Shown here: positions 54,122-63,319 of the stretch, in pieces
Layout: every line of letters begins with the position of its first letter
How positions within the stretch are numbered: the first letter of the stretch is position 1
Source: an uncultured Erysipelotrichaceae bacterium
GTDB taxonomy: Bacteria > Bacillota_I > Bacilli_A > RFN20 > CAG-826
Assembly: GCA_902803375.1 (NCBI GenBank)
Contig: CADCPN010000028.1
Span: 684 to 64,683 of the forward strand
Length of the DNA: 64,000 bases
Direction: 5' to 3'
Translations under genes and position numbers: made by a program
The notes under the pieces: generated by a model
Database searches by the model: none
The model's input: the letters and a program-made list of their open reading frames with translations, nothing else
What the model was told of the DNA's origin: nothing

Positions 54122-54760
54122 TTACTTGGTGCGGATCTTGATGTGGATCTTTCTGGTGATCGGCTGAAGGATCGGGGCGGCGATGATGGCCACGGCGGTC
54201 ACGATGAGCGTGATCATGTGGGTGAGACTCCACTGCCTGGAGATCGGAAAATAGGAGACGTAGGAGGAACCGACCTTGTTGTAGCCGGCGAACATGGAGG
54301 TCTCTATGTTGATGTCGTGGATCATGTACCAATCAAGGAAGATGGAGAGGGCGATGAGGGCGAGGGTGACGCTGAACATGACCCAATATTGTTTCTTCTT
54401 GACGTGACGGTTGTGGACGCGGAGATAGGAGAGAACAATCATTAGGGAGAGAAGGCAGTTCACAAAGAAGAAGAAACTGTTGAACTTGTCGTTTGGCAAA
54501 CCCATGATCGAGCTGACGTGCTGATGAATCAAGAAGGTGATGAAGATCATCGAGAGGATGCAAAGAAACATCGGGATGCTGGTGAGATGGTTCTTGGTCT
54601 TGATAAAGGCGCGGATAAGGAACATCTTGACTGGGTTGGTGGCCAAAGCGTCGCTTAGCGAGGCCTCATCATCGACGGCGGCATCGTTGGCGAGAGCGTT
54701 CTCGTCGATGAAAGAGCCAGTATCTTCCTGACTTGGCTGGATATTATCGATTTTCGGCAT
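54122..54760 (-). CDS. Polytopic membrane protein, unrecognised family (M2)
   Basis: 212 aa with an acidic ~45-aa N-terminus followed by about 5 TM helices. It lies 2 nt downstream of the ATPase gene. Confidence 0.55.
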   Translation of the reverse strand: MPKIDNIQPSQEDTGSFIDENALANDAAVDDEASLSDALATNPVKMFLIRAFIKTKNHLTSIPMFLCILSMIFITFLIHQHVSSIMGLPNDKFNSFFFFVNCLLSLMIVLSYLRVHNRHVKKKQYWVMFSVTLALIALSIFLDWYMIHDINIETSMFAGYNKVGSSYVSYFPISRQWSLTHMITLIVTAVAIIAAPILQPITRKIHIKIRTK

Positions 54761-54762
54761 GA

Positions 54763-55860
54763 TTATTCAGCCTCCTTTTCTGCTTTGACTGCGGTGATAG
54801 CGTCTTGGGTCTCCTCATCGAAGAAACGGCATTTTTCCTGGAGAAAGTCGACGTGGATGATATCGCCTTTCTCTAAGCGCTGCCAGCCCTTGAGCTTAAG
54901 GATGCAGGTGTGGCCTTCTAGAGAACCGTGAACGAGAGAGTTCTGGCCAAGGTGCTCGGTGATTTCGACGGTGAAGGAATGGTTGTTTCCCTGAGTGAAG
55001 GATTCTGGGCGGATGCCGAGAATGATCTTCTTGCCGGTATTATCATAGGTTTTGACAAGATCGAGGTTCTCTTTGGAGAGCTTGACGTTTAAGCCTTCGC
55101 CAATGAAGGTGCCATCCTTGATTTCGCCGTGGAAGAAGTTCATCGGCGGGTTGCCAATGAAGTTCGCGACGAAGGTATTCGCTGGATAGTTATAGATTTC
55201 GTACGGGGTTCCGATTTGCTGTACCTGGCCCATGGACATGACGACGATGCGGTCAGCAAGAGTGAGGGCCTCGGTCTGGTCATGGGTGACGTAGATCATG
55301 GTGGCGCCTAGTCTGTGGTGGAGAAGCTTGATCTCGCGTCTCATGGAGGAGCGGAGCTTAGCATCGAGGTTGGAAAGAGGCTCGTCGAAGAGGAAGACAC
55401 GCGGGTTACGGACGATGGCGCGGCCCATGGCGACACGCTGTCTCTGCCCGCCGGAGAGTTCCTTTGGCTTCTTGTTGAGTTGCTTATCTAGGCCAAGGAT
55501 GGCGGAAGCTTCCATGACGTCCTTGTGGATGAGTTCTGGATCAACTTTGCGGAGCATGAGAGAGAAGCCCATGTTCTGATACACGGTCTGAGAGGCATAG
55601 AGAGCGTAGTTCTGAAAGACCATGGCGATGTCACGGTCCTTCGCGGCTTTGTTGGTCATGTCGTCTTCGCCGATGAGAAGAGTGCCACTGGAGATGGTCT
55701 CTAGACCGGCAATCATGCGAAGAGTGGTGGATTTGCCGCAGCCCGACGGGCCGACGAGGACGATGAATTCACCGTCCTTGATATCCATGTCAAAGTCCTG
55801 AACGGCCATGTTGCCGGAATCATAGACTTTCTGAAGGTGTTTTAAGGAAAGGGATGCCAT
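54763..55860 (-). CDS. msmX: Sugar ABC transporter ATP-binding protein (MsmX/UgpC/MalK type)
   Basis: GPSGCGKST, LSGGQRQR, FLFDEPLSNLD and VTHDQ, plus a TOBE-like C-terminal domain. Confidence 0.92.
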   Translation of the reverse strand: MASLSLKHLQKVYDSGNMAVQDFDMDIKDGEFIVLVGPSGCGKSTTLRMIAGLETISSGTLLIGEDDMTNKAAKDRDIAMVFQNYALYASQTVYQNMGFSLMLRKVDPELIHKDVMEASAILGLDKQLNKKPKELSGGQRQRVAMGRAIVRNPRVFLFDEPLSNLDAKLRSSMRREIKLLHHRLGATMIYVTHDQTEALTLADRIVVMSMGQVQQIGTPYEIYNYPANTFVANFIGNPPMNFFHGEIKDGTFIGEGLNVKLSKENLDLVKTYDNTGKKIILGIRPESFTQGNNHSFTVEITEHLGQNSLVHGSLEGHTCILKLKGWQRLEKGDIIHVDFLQEKCRFFDEETQDAITAVKAEKEAE

Positions 55861-55863
55861 AAC

Positions 55864-56403
55864 TTACTTGATTTTCACTTTCTCGCCTTCGATGGCGTCG
55901 ACGGTTTTGAGATAGTTGCGAAGCGCGGCGCCGCGGTAGATGGACAAGAAGCCAGCGGTGACGAACGAGGCGGCGGCGATTAGCGAGCAGATGAGGTAGA
56001 GGGTATAAAGCCAGCCAGACATAAGGCCAGCGCGGAGAAGCGCGATTGGATAGATGAATGGGCGAATGACCTCGAATACGCCAGTGCAAATGGAGAAGAT
56101 ACCCCAACCGGAGGAGTAGACCTTCATTCTGGAGATGGCCATGAAGAGGAAGAGCATAAGGAGGATGTTGACGAGGATGTCGAAGGCACAGAGGAAGCCA
56201 TTGCTGGTGATTCCAAATAGGTTGATGACGTCTTTGTTGGTGATCTTGGTGTTGGAATACTGGAAGCAGAAGGCGACGATCAAGCTGATGAGGCCGATAT
56301 ATCCTAGAGACGAAGAAACTCCATTATTGCGATAGCGGAGCATTTCCTGCTGGATGCCCTCTGGCTTGAAGTAATCTTTGAATTTCTTTTTGATGGAAGT
56401 CAT
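55864..56403 (-). CDS. Polytopic membrane protein, unrecognised family (M3)
   Basis: 179 aa with about 4-5 TM helices, tightly packed in the operon (3-nt gaps). Confidence 0.55.
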   Translation of the reverse strand: MTSIKKKFKDYFKPEGIQQEMLRYRNNGVSSSLGYIGLISLIVAFCFQYSNTKITNKDVINLFGITSNGFLCAFDILVNILLMLFLFMAISRMKVYSSGWGIFSICTGVFEVIRPFIYPIALLRAGLMSGWLYTLYLICSLIAAASFVTAGFLSIYRGAALRNYLKTVDAIEGEKVKIK

Positions 56404-56406
56404 ATC

Positions 56407-57006
56407 TTACTTAGCCTCCGAGACTTTGGTATCCGCAGCAGCGGATTTTTTATTGGCTTTTTCGTAGTTAACTCTGCCGATGATCTTGCCAATGAGGACC
56501 AAGGCAACGGGAATGGTCGAGAGAAGGAGAATGCCAACGACGACGTAACCTAGCGCGAAGACGGAGGTCTTTCCGCTCATCGGAGTCATATCGAACATTT
56601 CGAAGTATTCGTTAATGGTAGTGAAGTCGAGCTGATTCCAGGCATTCTGGTAATAGGAGATAGCGCTGAGGGTGACGATTGCGGAAGCGATGGCGAAGAC
56701 GATATAGATGACGTCCCAAACGAAGTTGGAAACGTAATAGATCTTTCTTTTGTCAGAGCGAAGCACGCCATGGAGGACGCAGAAGACGATGCCCGGGATG
56801 CCGAAGTAGATGATCTTATCGTTATAGGGCATGATGGCTGTGTAGAATTCGGAAACGGTGGTGTCATCGGGGTTATACATATCCATGTATTCGCGAAGCG
56901 GATACGCTGGGGTGGCCATGCCTAAGGCATAGACAACTAACAATACGAAAACGGCGATTCCAATTGCCCCTATGTATTTTTGAAGAATTGCTGAGATTTT
57001 TTCCAT
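56407..57006 (-). CDS. Polytopic membrane protein, unrecognised family (M4)
   Basis: 199 aa with 4 TM helices and a Lys/Ala-rich tail. Confidence 0.55.
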   Translation of the reverse strand: MEKISAILQKYIGAIGIAVFVLLVVYALGMATPAYPLREYMDMYNPDDTTVSEFYTAIMPYNDKIIYFGIPGIVFCVLHGVLRSDKRKIYYVSNFVWDVIYIVFAIASAIVTLSAISYYQNAWNQLDFTTINEYFEMFDMTPMSGKTSVFALGYVVVGILLLSTIPVALVLIGKIIGRVNYEKANKKSAAADTKVSEAK

Positions 57007-57033
57007 ATTGCTCTCTTTCTAATAGTTTGTAGG

Positions 57034-57065
57034 AAGGCACCCCCGGGTTGCCCCGAGGATGCCTT
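57034..57065 (-). other. Intercistronic 14-bp stem-loop with GCAA (GNRA) tetraloop directly 3' of the binding-protein gene
   Basis: The minus-strand RNA is aaggcauccucggg-GCAA-cccgggggugccuu. All 14 positions pair (2 are G-U). No U-tract follows. Confidence 0.65.
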
Positions 57066-57091
57066 TGTTACATTCAGGTTCTGGGAATGGA

Positions 57092-59362
57092 TTACATGCC
57101 CATACGACGGTATGCAGCGTCGAAGAACTTGATGTAGGTGTCGCAGCCTAGAGTGGTTCCGACATATTCCTGGTACTTAGCCATTGAACCCCAAACGTTT
57201 TTGTCACCTTTAAGGTCGAAGCCGCCCTGGACGAGGTTGTTCCAGAAGTTGGAATAGCCAGAGGTCTTGGAGTAGCTCATGGTCTTGTTGAGGTTCTGAT
57301 ACTTATCACCAGAGATGACCTTGGACTGCGCTTCGGTGAAGGAATAGGTGGTCGGAGTAATGTCCAACATGTGATCAGTGTTGTCGGTGTTGAAGTTCGG
57401 GTGTTTTAGGACGCCAGTGGCGATGGCGTTCTCGAGGCGGAGGGTTGCCGGCTGAGCAGCAGCGGCGACGCACTGATACTCCATGCCCTGTTCCTTGACG
57501 TAGCCAACTGGGTAGGTGGCGCCGAGGTAGCGACGGTAGTAGTTGGTGTAGTTGCCTTTGGCCAGGGTCTTGAGCTCATTGAGAGCTTTGGCAGATAGGG
57601 CCGGGACGTCTTTACCGAGGTACTTGGTGGTTCCATCAACCCAAGCGGTTGGGCCGTAGGACATAAGCTTGTTGCCTTCAGTGCTGTAGAGATAGTCAAA
57701 GAGCTTTAGAGCACGGGCGAGTTTGGCGGAGTCTTTGGCGGTGGCAGCGGTGATGAACCAGCCTTCGGTCTTAACGGATCTCCAGGATTCGGTGTAGTGG
57801 AAGTACTGTCTATTACCCTTCCAATCGACGACTGCCGGTAGGGCGGCGGCGAAGAGATAGTTGTCGACGCCAGCTGGATGGTTGTCGTTTCCTGGATCGT
57901 TATAAACGGTCTGGGTCTGGTTATAGTCGTAGGTGGAGAAGCCGAGGTTGTTCTTTTGGAGGTAGTTCTCATACTTACCATCGGTGACACCATGGGTGGC
58001 CTTTTCGCCATAGTTCTCGAGGATTAGACCCTCCTTATACATTTCGGAGAGCTTGTCGAGAGCGATGACCATCTTCTTGTTGGTACGGGCATCCTGGATG
58101 TGGCCGTTTTCATCAACGAATGCGAACCCGCTGCGAGCTTCGACGCCGCGGACGCCGAAGAACTGGGTGAAACGATAGAGGTCGGAGAGACGATCGTTTG
58201 AGCTTTCACGCGGATAGAGCGGAACGATTTCCTTTTTGGCATCGCCGGTGAGGGCGGTGCTGTTGGCCTTGACGGCACGATAGAGGGCGACGAGTTCATC
58301 GACATCATAGGCGGCGTTGGCACCGATGAAGAGGTCGGAACGCTGGGAGCCATAGGCGCCGGCGTAGGTTTGATCGATGTAGTCGCGGAGAGCCTTGACT
58401 AGGCTGACACCATCGAGTTTCTCAAGCTTGTTCTGGAGAGTGATGATGTTAGCGGAATGCTTCTTGGTGACCTTGGCAGTGCCGTTTTCTTCCTTGTTCA
58501 TGACGGTGATCTCGGAATCAACAGCTTCTGGGCCGAAGGCTTCGTAAGCTTTGGAGATGGTTCTATCGGTGCTGAACTTGGTGGCATCGAAGTCGCCGTC
58601 GAGAAGGGTTTTAACCCAGTCGTGACGGAGCAGGAGCATACGCTCGACATCGTCGAAGCCGTCGAAGTACGGAGCATAGTAGATCTTGCCGGAGCCATCT
58701 TGGATGATGTTGGTGATGGCTTTGTTCTTCTCAAGGAAGGCCTTGAAGTTCGGCATGTAGTCGAGGTAGGCACGGAGATCAAGAATGTTGTTGTTGGCAA
58801 GAGCTTCTTCCTGGATGTTGGAAGCGGAGCCCTGGGCAATGTTGATGTCCTGACCATTGACCTTCCAGCCGTTGGTCTTGTAGGTCGTGAAGGCATCGGC
58901 AATGGACTTATCGGATTCAGAGCTGACGTCGTTGATGGTGAAGTTTAGATTGCTCTGAAGAGCTCTCCAGACTGGTTTGAAGTCGCCGTCGTTGTAGGTG
59001 GTGCCATCAGCAGCAGTGTACGGGAGCTTGAGGTTCTTGTGGGTGTGGAACTTCATGCGGGTATCCTGATCCTGATACATAACCGACATGTTAAGTGTGA
59101 CATTGCTGTCGAGATTTTCGACACCCGGGTTCTGGGCCTTTTCGCCGGTCCAGCTGATCGGGGTAACGGCAGTTCCGTCCTTGTAGTCAACGGTTCCTGG
59201 CTTCAAATCGGCATACTTGCCGGTCTCTTTCTGAGCGGAAGAGCCAGCCGGTTCCTCGGAAGCAGAGGGGGAAGAGGAGGTTGGGGTGCTCGAAGGTCCG
59301 CATGCGGTGAGAAGCATTGCGGAGGCGCTTAGAGCCATGATCATAGATTTTTTGAATTTCAT
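57092..59362 (-). CDS. Large (about 756 aa) extracellular solute-binding lipoprotein of the LplA/family-1 type
   Basis: Lipobox MKFKKSMIMALSASAMLLTAC followed by an S/T/P linker. AAAGGAGA precedes the ATG at 59362. It is adjacent to LplB/LplC-type permeases. Confidence 0.8.
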   Translation of the reverse strand: MKFKKSMIMALSASAMLLTACGPSSTPTSSSPSASEEPAGSSAQKETGKYADLKPGTVDYKDGTAVTPISWTGEKAQNPGVENLDSNVTLNMSVMYQDQDTRMKFHTHKNLKLPYTAADGTTYNDGDFKPVWRALQSNLNFTINDVSSESDKSIADAFTTYKTNGWKVNGQDINIAQGSASNIQEEALANNNILDLRAYLDYMPNFKAFLEKNKAITNIIQDGSGKIYYAPYFDGFDDVERMLLLRHDWVKTLLDGDFDATKFSTDRTISKAYEAFGPEAVDSEITVMNKEENGTAKVTKKHSANIITLQNKLEKLDGVSLVKALRDYIDQTYAGAYGSQRSDLFIGANAAYDVDELVALYRAVKANSTALTGDAKKEIVPLYPRESSNDRLSDLYRFTQFFGVRGVEARSGFAFVDENGHIQDARTNKKMVIALDKLSEMYKEGLILENYGEKATHGVTDGKYENYLQKNNLGFSTYDYNQTQTVYNDPGNDNHPAGVDNYLFAAALPAVVDWKGNRQYFHYTESWRSVKTEGWFITAATAKDSAKLARALKLFDYLYSTEGNKLMSYGPTAWVDGTTKYLGKDVPALSAKALNELKTLAKGNYTNYYRRYLGATYPVGYVKEQGMEYQCVAAAAQPATLRLENAIATGVLKHPNFNTDNTDHMLDITPTTYSFTEAQSKVISGDKYQNLNKTMSYSKTSGYSNFWNNLVQGGFDLKGDKNVWGSMAKYQEYVGTTLGCDTYIKFFDAAYRRMGM

Positions 59363-59452
59363 GAATTCTCCTTTCAAATAATCTACATTCTGGGTTTTTG
59401 TTTTAATTCCTGCCCTTACAGGAGATTAGAACCTTAATTAAGAAACGGCTGC

Positions 59453-60403
59453 TTATTCCTTAACGCCACCGAGGTTGACGCCGGCGGTGAAGTATTTCTG
59501 AATAAACGGATAAATGATCAAGATTGGGATGATGGCGCAGACGATCATGGCATAGACCGTGGACTGCGGAGCGAAGGTGCCAACAGAGACGCTGCCGCCT
59601 AAAGCGAGGTCTTCTTCGATGCCCTTGATGGTCCTTTGAATGTAGACCTGCAATGGGAAGTCGAGAGAACTGTCGACGACCTTAGAGGCCCAGAAGTAGC
59701 CGTTCCAACGGGAGATGCCGTAGAAGAGGCCGACGGTCGCGATGGTAGCTTTGCTCATCGGGACGGAGATCTTGGACATGATCTGGAAGTCGGTGGCACC
59801 ATCGATGATGGCGGCTTCCTCGATTTCCTTCGGGACGCTCTGGAAAGCATTGCGGAGAAGAATGATGTTGAAGGCGTTCATACCCATGGCGATGACGACG
59901 AGCCATTTCTGATCGGCGATGCCTAGGTTATTCTGGAGGATGCTTCCGGTGGCTTTATAGTTGAGGTACATCGGAATGGTTCCTGCGGCGAACCACATCG
60001 TGAAGATGAGGATGAAGTTGAAGAACTTGTGGCCGAAGAGTTCGGTCTTGGCTAGGGCGTAGCCACCTGCAATGGAGATGATCATGCAGTAGACGGTTCC
60101 GAAGAACGTGATGAAGAAGGTGTTGCAGAAGCTTGCCCAGAAATACTTATCTTCGAAGACGGAGGCAAAGGCCTCAAGCTGGAAGCCCATCGGGAAGAGG
60201 ACGATTTTGCCGCTGGCGACTGGGTCGTAGGCGGAGATGGCACTGGAGAGGGAGTAGACAAGTGGATATAGGCACATCAAGGCGAAGATTCCGACGAAGG
60301 TGTAGGAGATGACCTTGAAGATGATTTCGGAAGCCTCTAGACGCTGGAAGCTTCCTTCCTTTCTGGATTTGTAGATTTTGGAGTTATCGATTTTAGCTTT
60401 CAT
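59453..60403 (-). CDS. Carbohydrate ABC transporter permease (LplC/MalG-like)
   Basis: Six TM helices and an EAA loop region (EEAAIIDGATDFQIMSKISVPM). Confidence 0.88.
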   Translation of the reverse strand: MKAKIDNSKIYKSRKEGSFQRLEASEIIFKVISYTFVGIFALMCLYPLVYSLSSAISAYDPVASGKIVLFPMGFQLEAFASVFEDKYFWASFCNTFFITFFGTVYCMIISIAGGYALAKTELFGHKFFNFILIFTMWFAAGTIPMYLNYKATGSILQNNLGIADQKWLVVIAMGMNAFNIILLRNAFQSVPKEIEEAAIIDGATDFQIMSKISVPMSKATIATVGLFYGISRWNGYFWASKVVDSSLDFPLQVYIQRTIKGIEEDLALGGSVSVGTFAPQSTVYAMIVCAIIPILIIYPFIQKYFTAGVNLGGVKE

Positions 60404-60415
60404 ATTGATTCCTCC

Positions 60416-61453
60416 TTAGAACAAACTGGTCTTGGAGACCTTTCTCGAAATCGAATTAGATCCAAGGACGAGGACCATGGAGAGTAGCGAGTTGAACAAG
60501 TCAGCCGCGGCGCCGATACCCTGGTTCGCGGAACCTGCGGTCTCCAGATATTTGTTAATGACGTAAGTAGCGATGGTTTGAGAAGTCTCGTAGACACTGG
60601 TGATGGAAGTGATGGAGACCTGCTTTTGAAGGAGGTAGACCTTTTCGTAACCGATGCTGAGGAGCTGGCCGATCTTCAAGATCAACATGATGATGAGGGT
60701 CGGGGCCATACCTGGGAAGGTAACGTAGCGGATCTGCTGCCATTTGTTGGCACCGTCGATTTTGGCTGCTTCATAGTTGGTTGGCGAGATGCCAAGAACT
60801 GCGGCAAAGTAGACAATGGAGGAGTAGCCTGCGGTCTCCCAGATACCGGAGATGGTATAGATGGAGCGGAATGCCTTGAAGTCATCCATGGCGTTGATGA
60901 TCTTGCCACCGGAGATTGCATAGAGGATCTGTTCAAGAGGGCCGCCAGCGCTGAAGTCGGTGTGCTTAGCAAGGAGCAAGCCGACGAGGTTGGAAACGAC
61001 GACGACGGAGATGAACTTCGGGAGGTAGGTAAGAACCTGAGAAACGGAGAGGAAGACGCGGTTCTTAATCTCAGAGAAGAACAAGGCGAGGATGATCGGG
61101 AACGGGAATCCGAAGATCATGCCGTAGAAGCTGAGCATGAAGGTGTTGCGGAAGGCCGACCAGAATTCCGGATCCTTGAACAAGATCTTGAAGGCGGCAA
61201 AGCCGATGAACTCTGCTTTGTAGATGGAATCGCTGCCGGAGGTGTAGTACTTGAAGGCCAAAACCATGGAGGAGATTGGCAAGTACTTCCAGCAGACTAG
61301 GAAGAAGAGCAATGGGAGCAATAGGACATAAAGTCTCCAATCGCGGATAATTCCCTTAAGAGTACGTTTCCAGTAGCTGCGCTCGATGGCTTCGACTTCG
61401 GAGTCGGCCGCTTGCATGGCGGCTGGAATGATTCTAGTTTTCTCTTTTGCCAT
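60416..61453 (-). CDS. Carbohydrate ABC transporter permease (LplB/MalF-like)
   Basis: EAA loop YEAAKIDGANKWQQIRYVTFPG and six TM helices. Confidence 0.88.
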   Translation of the reverse strand: MAKEKTRIIPAAMQAADSEVEAIERSYWKRTLKGIIRDWRLYVLLLPLLFFLVCWKYLPISSMVLAFKYYTSGSDSIYKAEFIGFAAFKILFKDPEFWSAFRNTFMLSFYGMIFGFPFPIILALFFSEIKNRVFLSVSQVLTYLPKFISVVVVSNLVGLLLAKHTDFSAGGPLEQILYAISGGKIINAMDDFKAFRSIYTISGIWETAGYSSIVYFAAVLGISPTNYEAAKIDGANKWQQIRYVTFPGMAPTLIIMLILKIGQLLSIGYEKVYLLQKQVSITSITSVYETSQTIATYVINKYLETAGSANQGIGAAADLFNSLLSMVLVLGSNSISRKVSKTSLF

Positions 61454-62237
61454 GTTGTTCCCTTTCTTGGTATTCGTTTAATTGCTTCTGCTGCTTTTCG
61501 AATTCAGTTGGACCTGACTTCTGCTCCTTGCGGAGACGCATGTCCATCTGACGCAGCTGCTCGGTGCTTAAGGTTCCCCCATCTAGCAACGCCGCATCGT
61601 TAAGCGCGTTGTTGCTGGTGGTCATTTCCTCAAGTTGATATTGGTTTTTGATCTCTTCCCTGGCGAGCGCGCTGCTTGGCGCATCGACTTTGTGCAGGAG
61701 GTAATCGTTCATGTCGACGACCAATCCCTTTTGTACGCACGCGACAATCCAAATGAGCAATCCTAAGCCCACATTGAATAAGTCGAAGAGGAAGTAGCTG
61801 GTCGCAGCCGACCAGAATTCTGCCGATCCGATTTGGCAGGCTGCGCGGAGCAGCTCAATCGCCAGGTAACCGGAGAAGTAGTAGCCGAGCTTGAAGAGCC
61901 AATCCTTGTTGAGGTTGTCTTTGCCTTTGAATAGAAACCAAACAGGACAGATCGCCAAGCCCAGATAGCCCACTGTGTAAGCGAGCCAGGTGCCCGGAGT
62001 GACGCTCATTCCCAGGACCACGCGGGTGAGACAGCCGGCGGCGCCGGCCACTGGGGCTATGAATAGACCCCAATAATTCCAGCGGTAGATGGCTATCATT
62101 CCGAGCACGGCCGCAACGGTGAGGCTGTACACTAGGCTGTTAAAGGCGTGAAACACGAACACGTCAACTGCTTCGGCTGCCGTGGCGATAAGTGTCAGTG
62201 CCGCCAAGTCGAGTATTTGATACGAGTTTTTGCTCAT
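61434..62237 (-). CDS. Polytopic membrane protein with hydrophilic Q/E/K-rich C-terminal tail, unrecognised family (M5); first gene of the operon
   Basis: 267 aa with about 6 TM helices followed by a ~75-aa charged tail. It overlaps the start of the permease gene by 20 nt. Confidence 0.55.
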   Translation of the reverse strand: MSKNSYQILDLAALTLIATAAEAVDVFVFHAFNSLVYSLTVAAVLGMIAIYRWNYWGLFIAPVAGAAGCLTRVVLGMSVTPGTWLAYTVGYLGLAICPVWFLFKGKDNLNKDWLFKLGYYFSGYLAIELLRAACQIGSAEFWSAATSYFLFDLFNVGLGLLIWIVACVQKGLVVDMNDYLLHKVDAPSSALAREEIKNQYQLEEMTTSNNALNDAALLDGGTLSTEQLRQMDMRLRKEQKSGPTEFEKQQKQLNEYQEREQHGKREN

Positions 62238-62270
62238 TGGAAGCTTTCTTGTAAATAGATTGCCGTGGTC

Positions 62271-62285
62271 ATGTAAACGCTTACA
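62271..62285. promoter_or_regulatory. Catabolite-responsive element (cre, CcpA site)
   Basis: aTGTAAACGCTTACa fits WTGNAANCGNWNNCW at every constrained position. It sits 3 nt downstream of the proposed -10. Confidence 0.65.
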
Positions 62286-62288
62286 ACA

Positions 62289-62333
62289 ATAATATAATTA
62301 ACTTGTACACATTTCAAGTTGCTTTGTATACAA
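62289..62333 (-). promoter_or_regulatory. Candidate promoter of the pectin ABC operon (TTGAAA-17-TATTAT) with GT..AC palindromes
   Basis: On the minus strand, TTGAAA corresponds to plus 62312-62317 and TATTAT to plus 62289-62294. The palindrome TTGTATACAA is at 62324-62333. The IR aacttg-N9-caagtt is at 62300-62320. Confidence 0.45.
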
Positions 62334-62452
62334 CTTTGATACATCGGTTATTCGCAAATAAAAAATATCGATATTATCGGATGTTTTAATGCATACAAAA
62401 CACCGAAATACCGATATTTTATTATCGTTTAGGTGGAATAAGTGTCAGATAA

Positions 62453-63289
62453 TTAGAGATTTTTTGCTACTTTTTGTAGATAGGCGAAGGAGTCTTTGAT
62501 CTTATCGGCCTTCACGCCTTCGAAAACAAGAATCGCGTTAGGGCAGTAGGCTCTGATTTCCCTAAGCATGAAGTCAAAGTGGAAGTCGCCTTCTCCCGGG
62601 GCGAGCTGCGTGAGTTTTCCGTCGATGACCTTGGCGTCTTTAAGATGGATGATGCGGATGCGGGATCCAAAGTTGGAGAGGGCCTCGTGGAAGATTTCAT
62701 CTCGCTTCTCGAAGTTTGAGGCGTCAAGGAGGTTATAAAGGTCGATGGTCTCGTAGACGTTAGAGCTATCAAGCTCAGCGACGAGGCGCTTAAGCGTAGC
62801 GACGTTCCACATGACATGTCCCCACGCCGGTTCGATGGTTAAGGAAACTCCTTTTTCCAAACCTTCCTTTGCTAAGGAGAAGAAAACCTCTTTGCTCTGA
62901 CTATATCCTTCTTCGGTCCTATTCTTAGGAACGTAGATCCAGGGGGAATCGTTAAAGGAGCCGGTCTCGCTGCCGACGGGGACATCTTCTCCGAAGACGT
63001 GGGAGATGCGGATGTTCTCCTTGAAGTTATGGATGCCTTTTTCGACAACCTTGGTATCGCTATGGACGGGGCTGAAGTAGGCGCCTAGCATCGCGACCTT
63101 GATGTTGTTCTTATCCAAAGCTTTTTTAACGCGCGCGACGTACTCATCGCTGTAGCTATAGTCGCCGAAGGCCTTTGGAAAGACTAATTGAACGTAATGG
63201 AAGCCATAGGAGGCAATCGCCTTTGCGAAGTCCTCGGGGCTGCCCTTGCTGATAATATCGTGCCCACGGACGCCAAACTTAAATTCCAT
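62453..63289 (-). CDS. Sugar phosphate isomerase/epimerase (xylose isomerase-like TIM barrel) family protein
   Basis: 278 aa with an AP_endonuc_2/TIM-barrel pattern (HLKD..., EPAWGHVM). The SD is agagga. Confidence 0.65.
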   Translation of the reverse strand: MEFKFGVRGHDIISKGSPEDFAKAIASYGFHYVQLVFPKAFGDYSYSDEYVARVKKALDKNNIKVAMLGAYFSPVHSDTKVVEKGIHNFKENIRISHVFGEDVPVGSETGSFNDSPWIYVPKNRTEEGYSQSKEVFFSLAKEGLEKGVSLTIEPAWGHVMWNVATLKRLVAELDSSNVYETIDLYNLLDASNFEKRDEIFHEALSNFGSRIRIIHLKDAKVIDGKLTQLAPGEGDFHFDFMLREIRAYCPNAILVFEGVKADKIKDSFAYLQKVAKNL

Positions 63290-63319
63290 AAATCGAATTA
63301 TCCTCTAAAATACCGACAT

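Noticed and set aside
59363-59452. Possible regulatory hairpin in the permease-SBP spacer (tcctg/cagga).
   Set aside because: The stem is only 5 bp with a 6-nt loop and has no U-tract. It is too weak to report as a feature.
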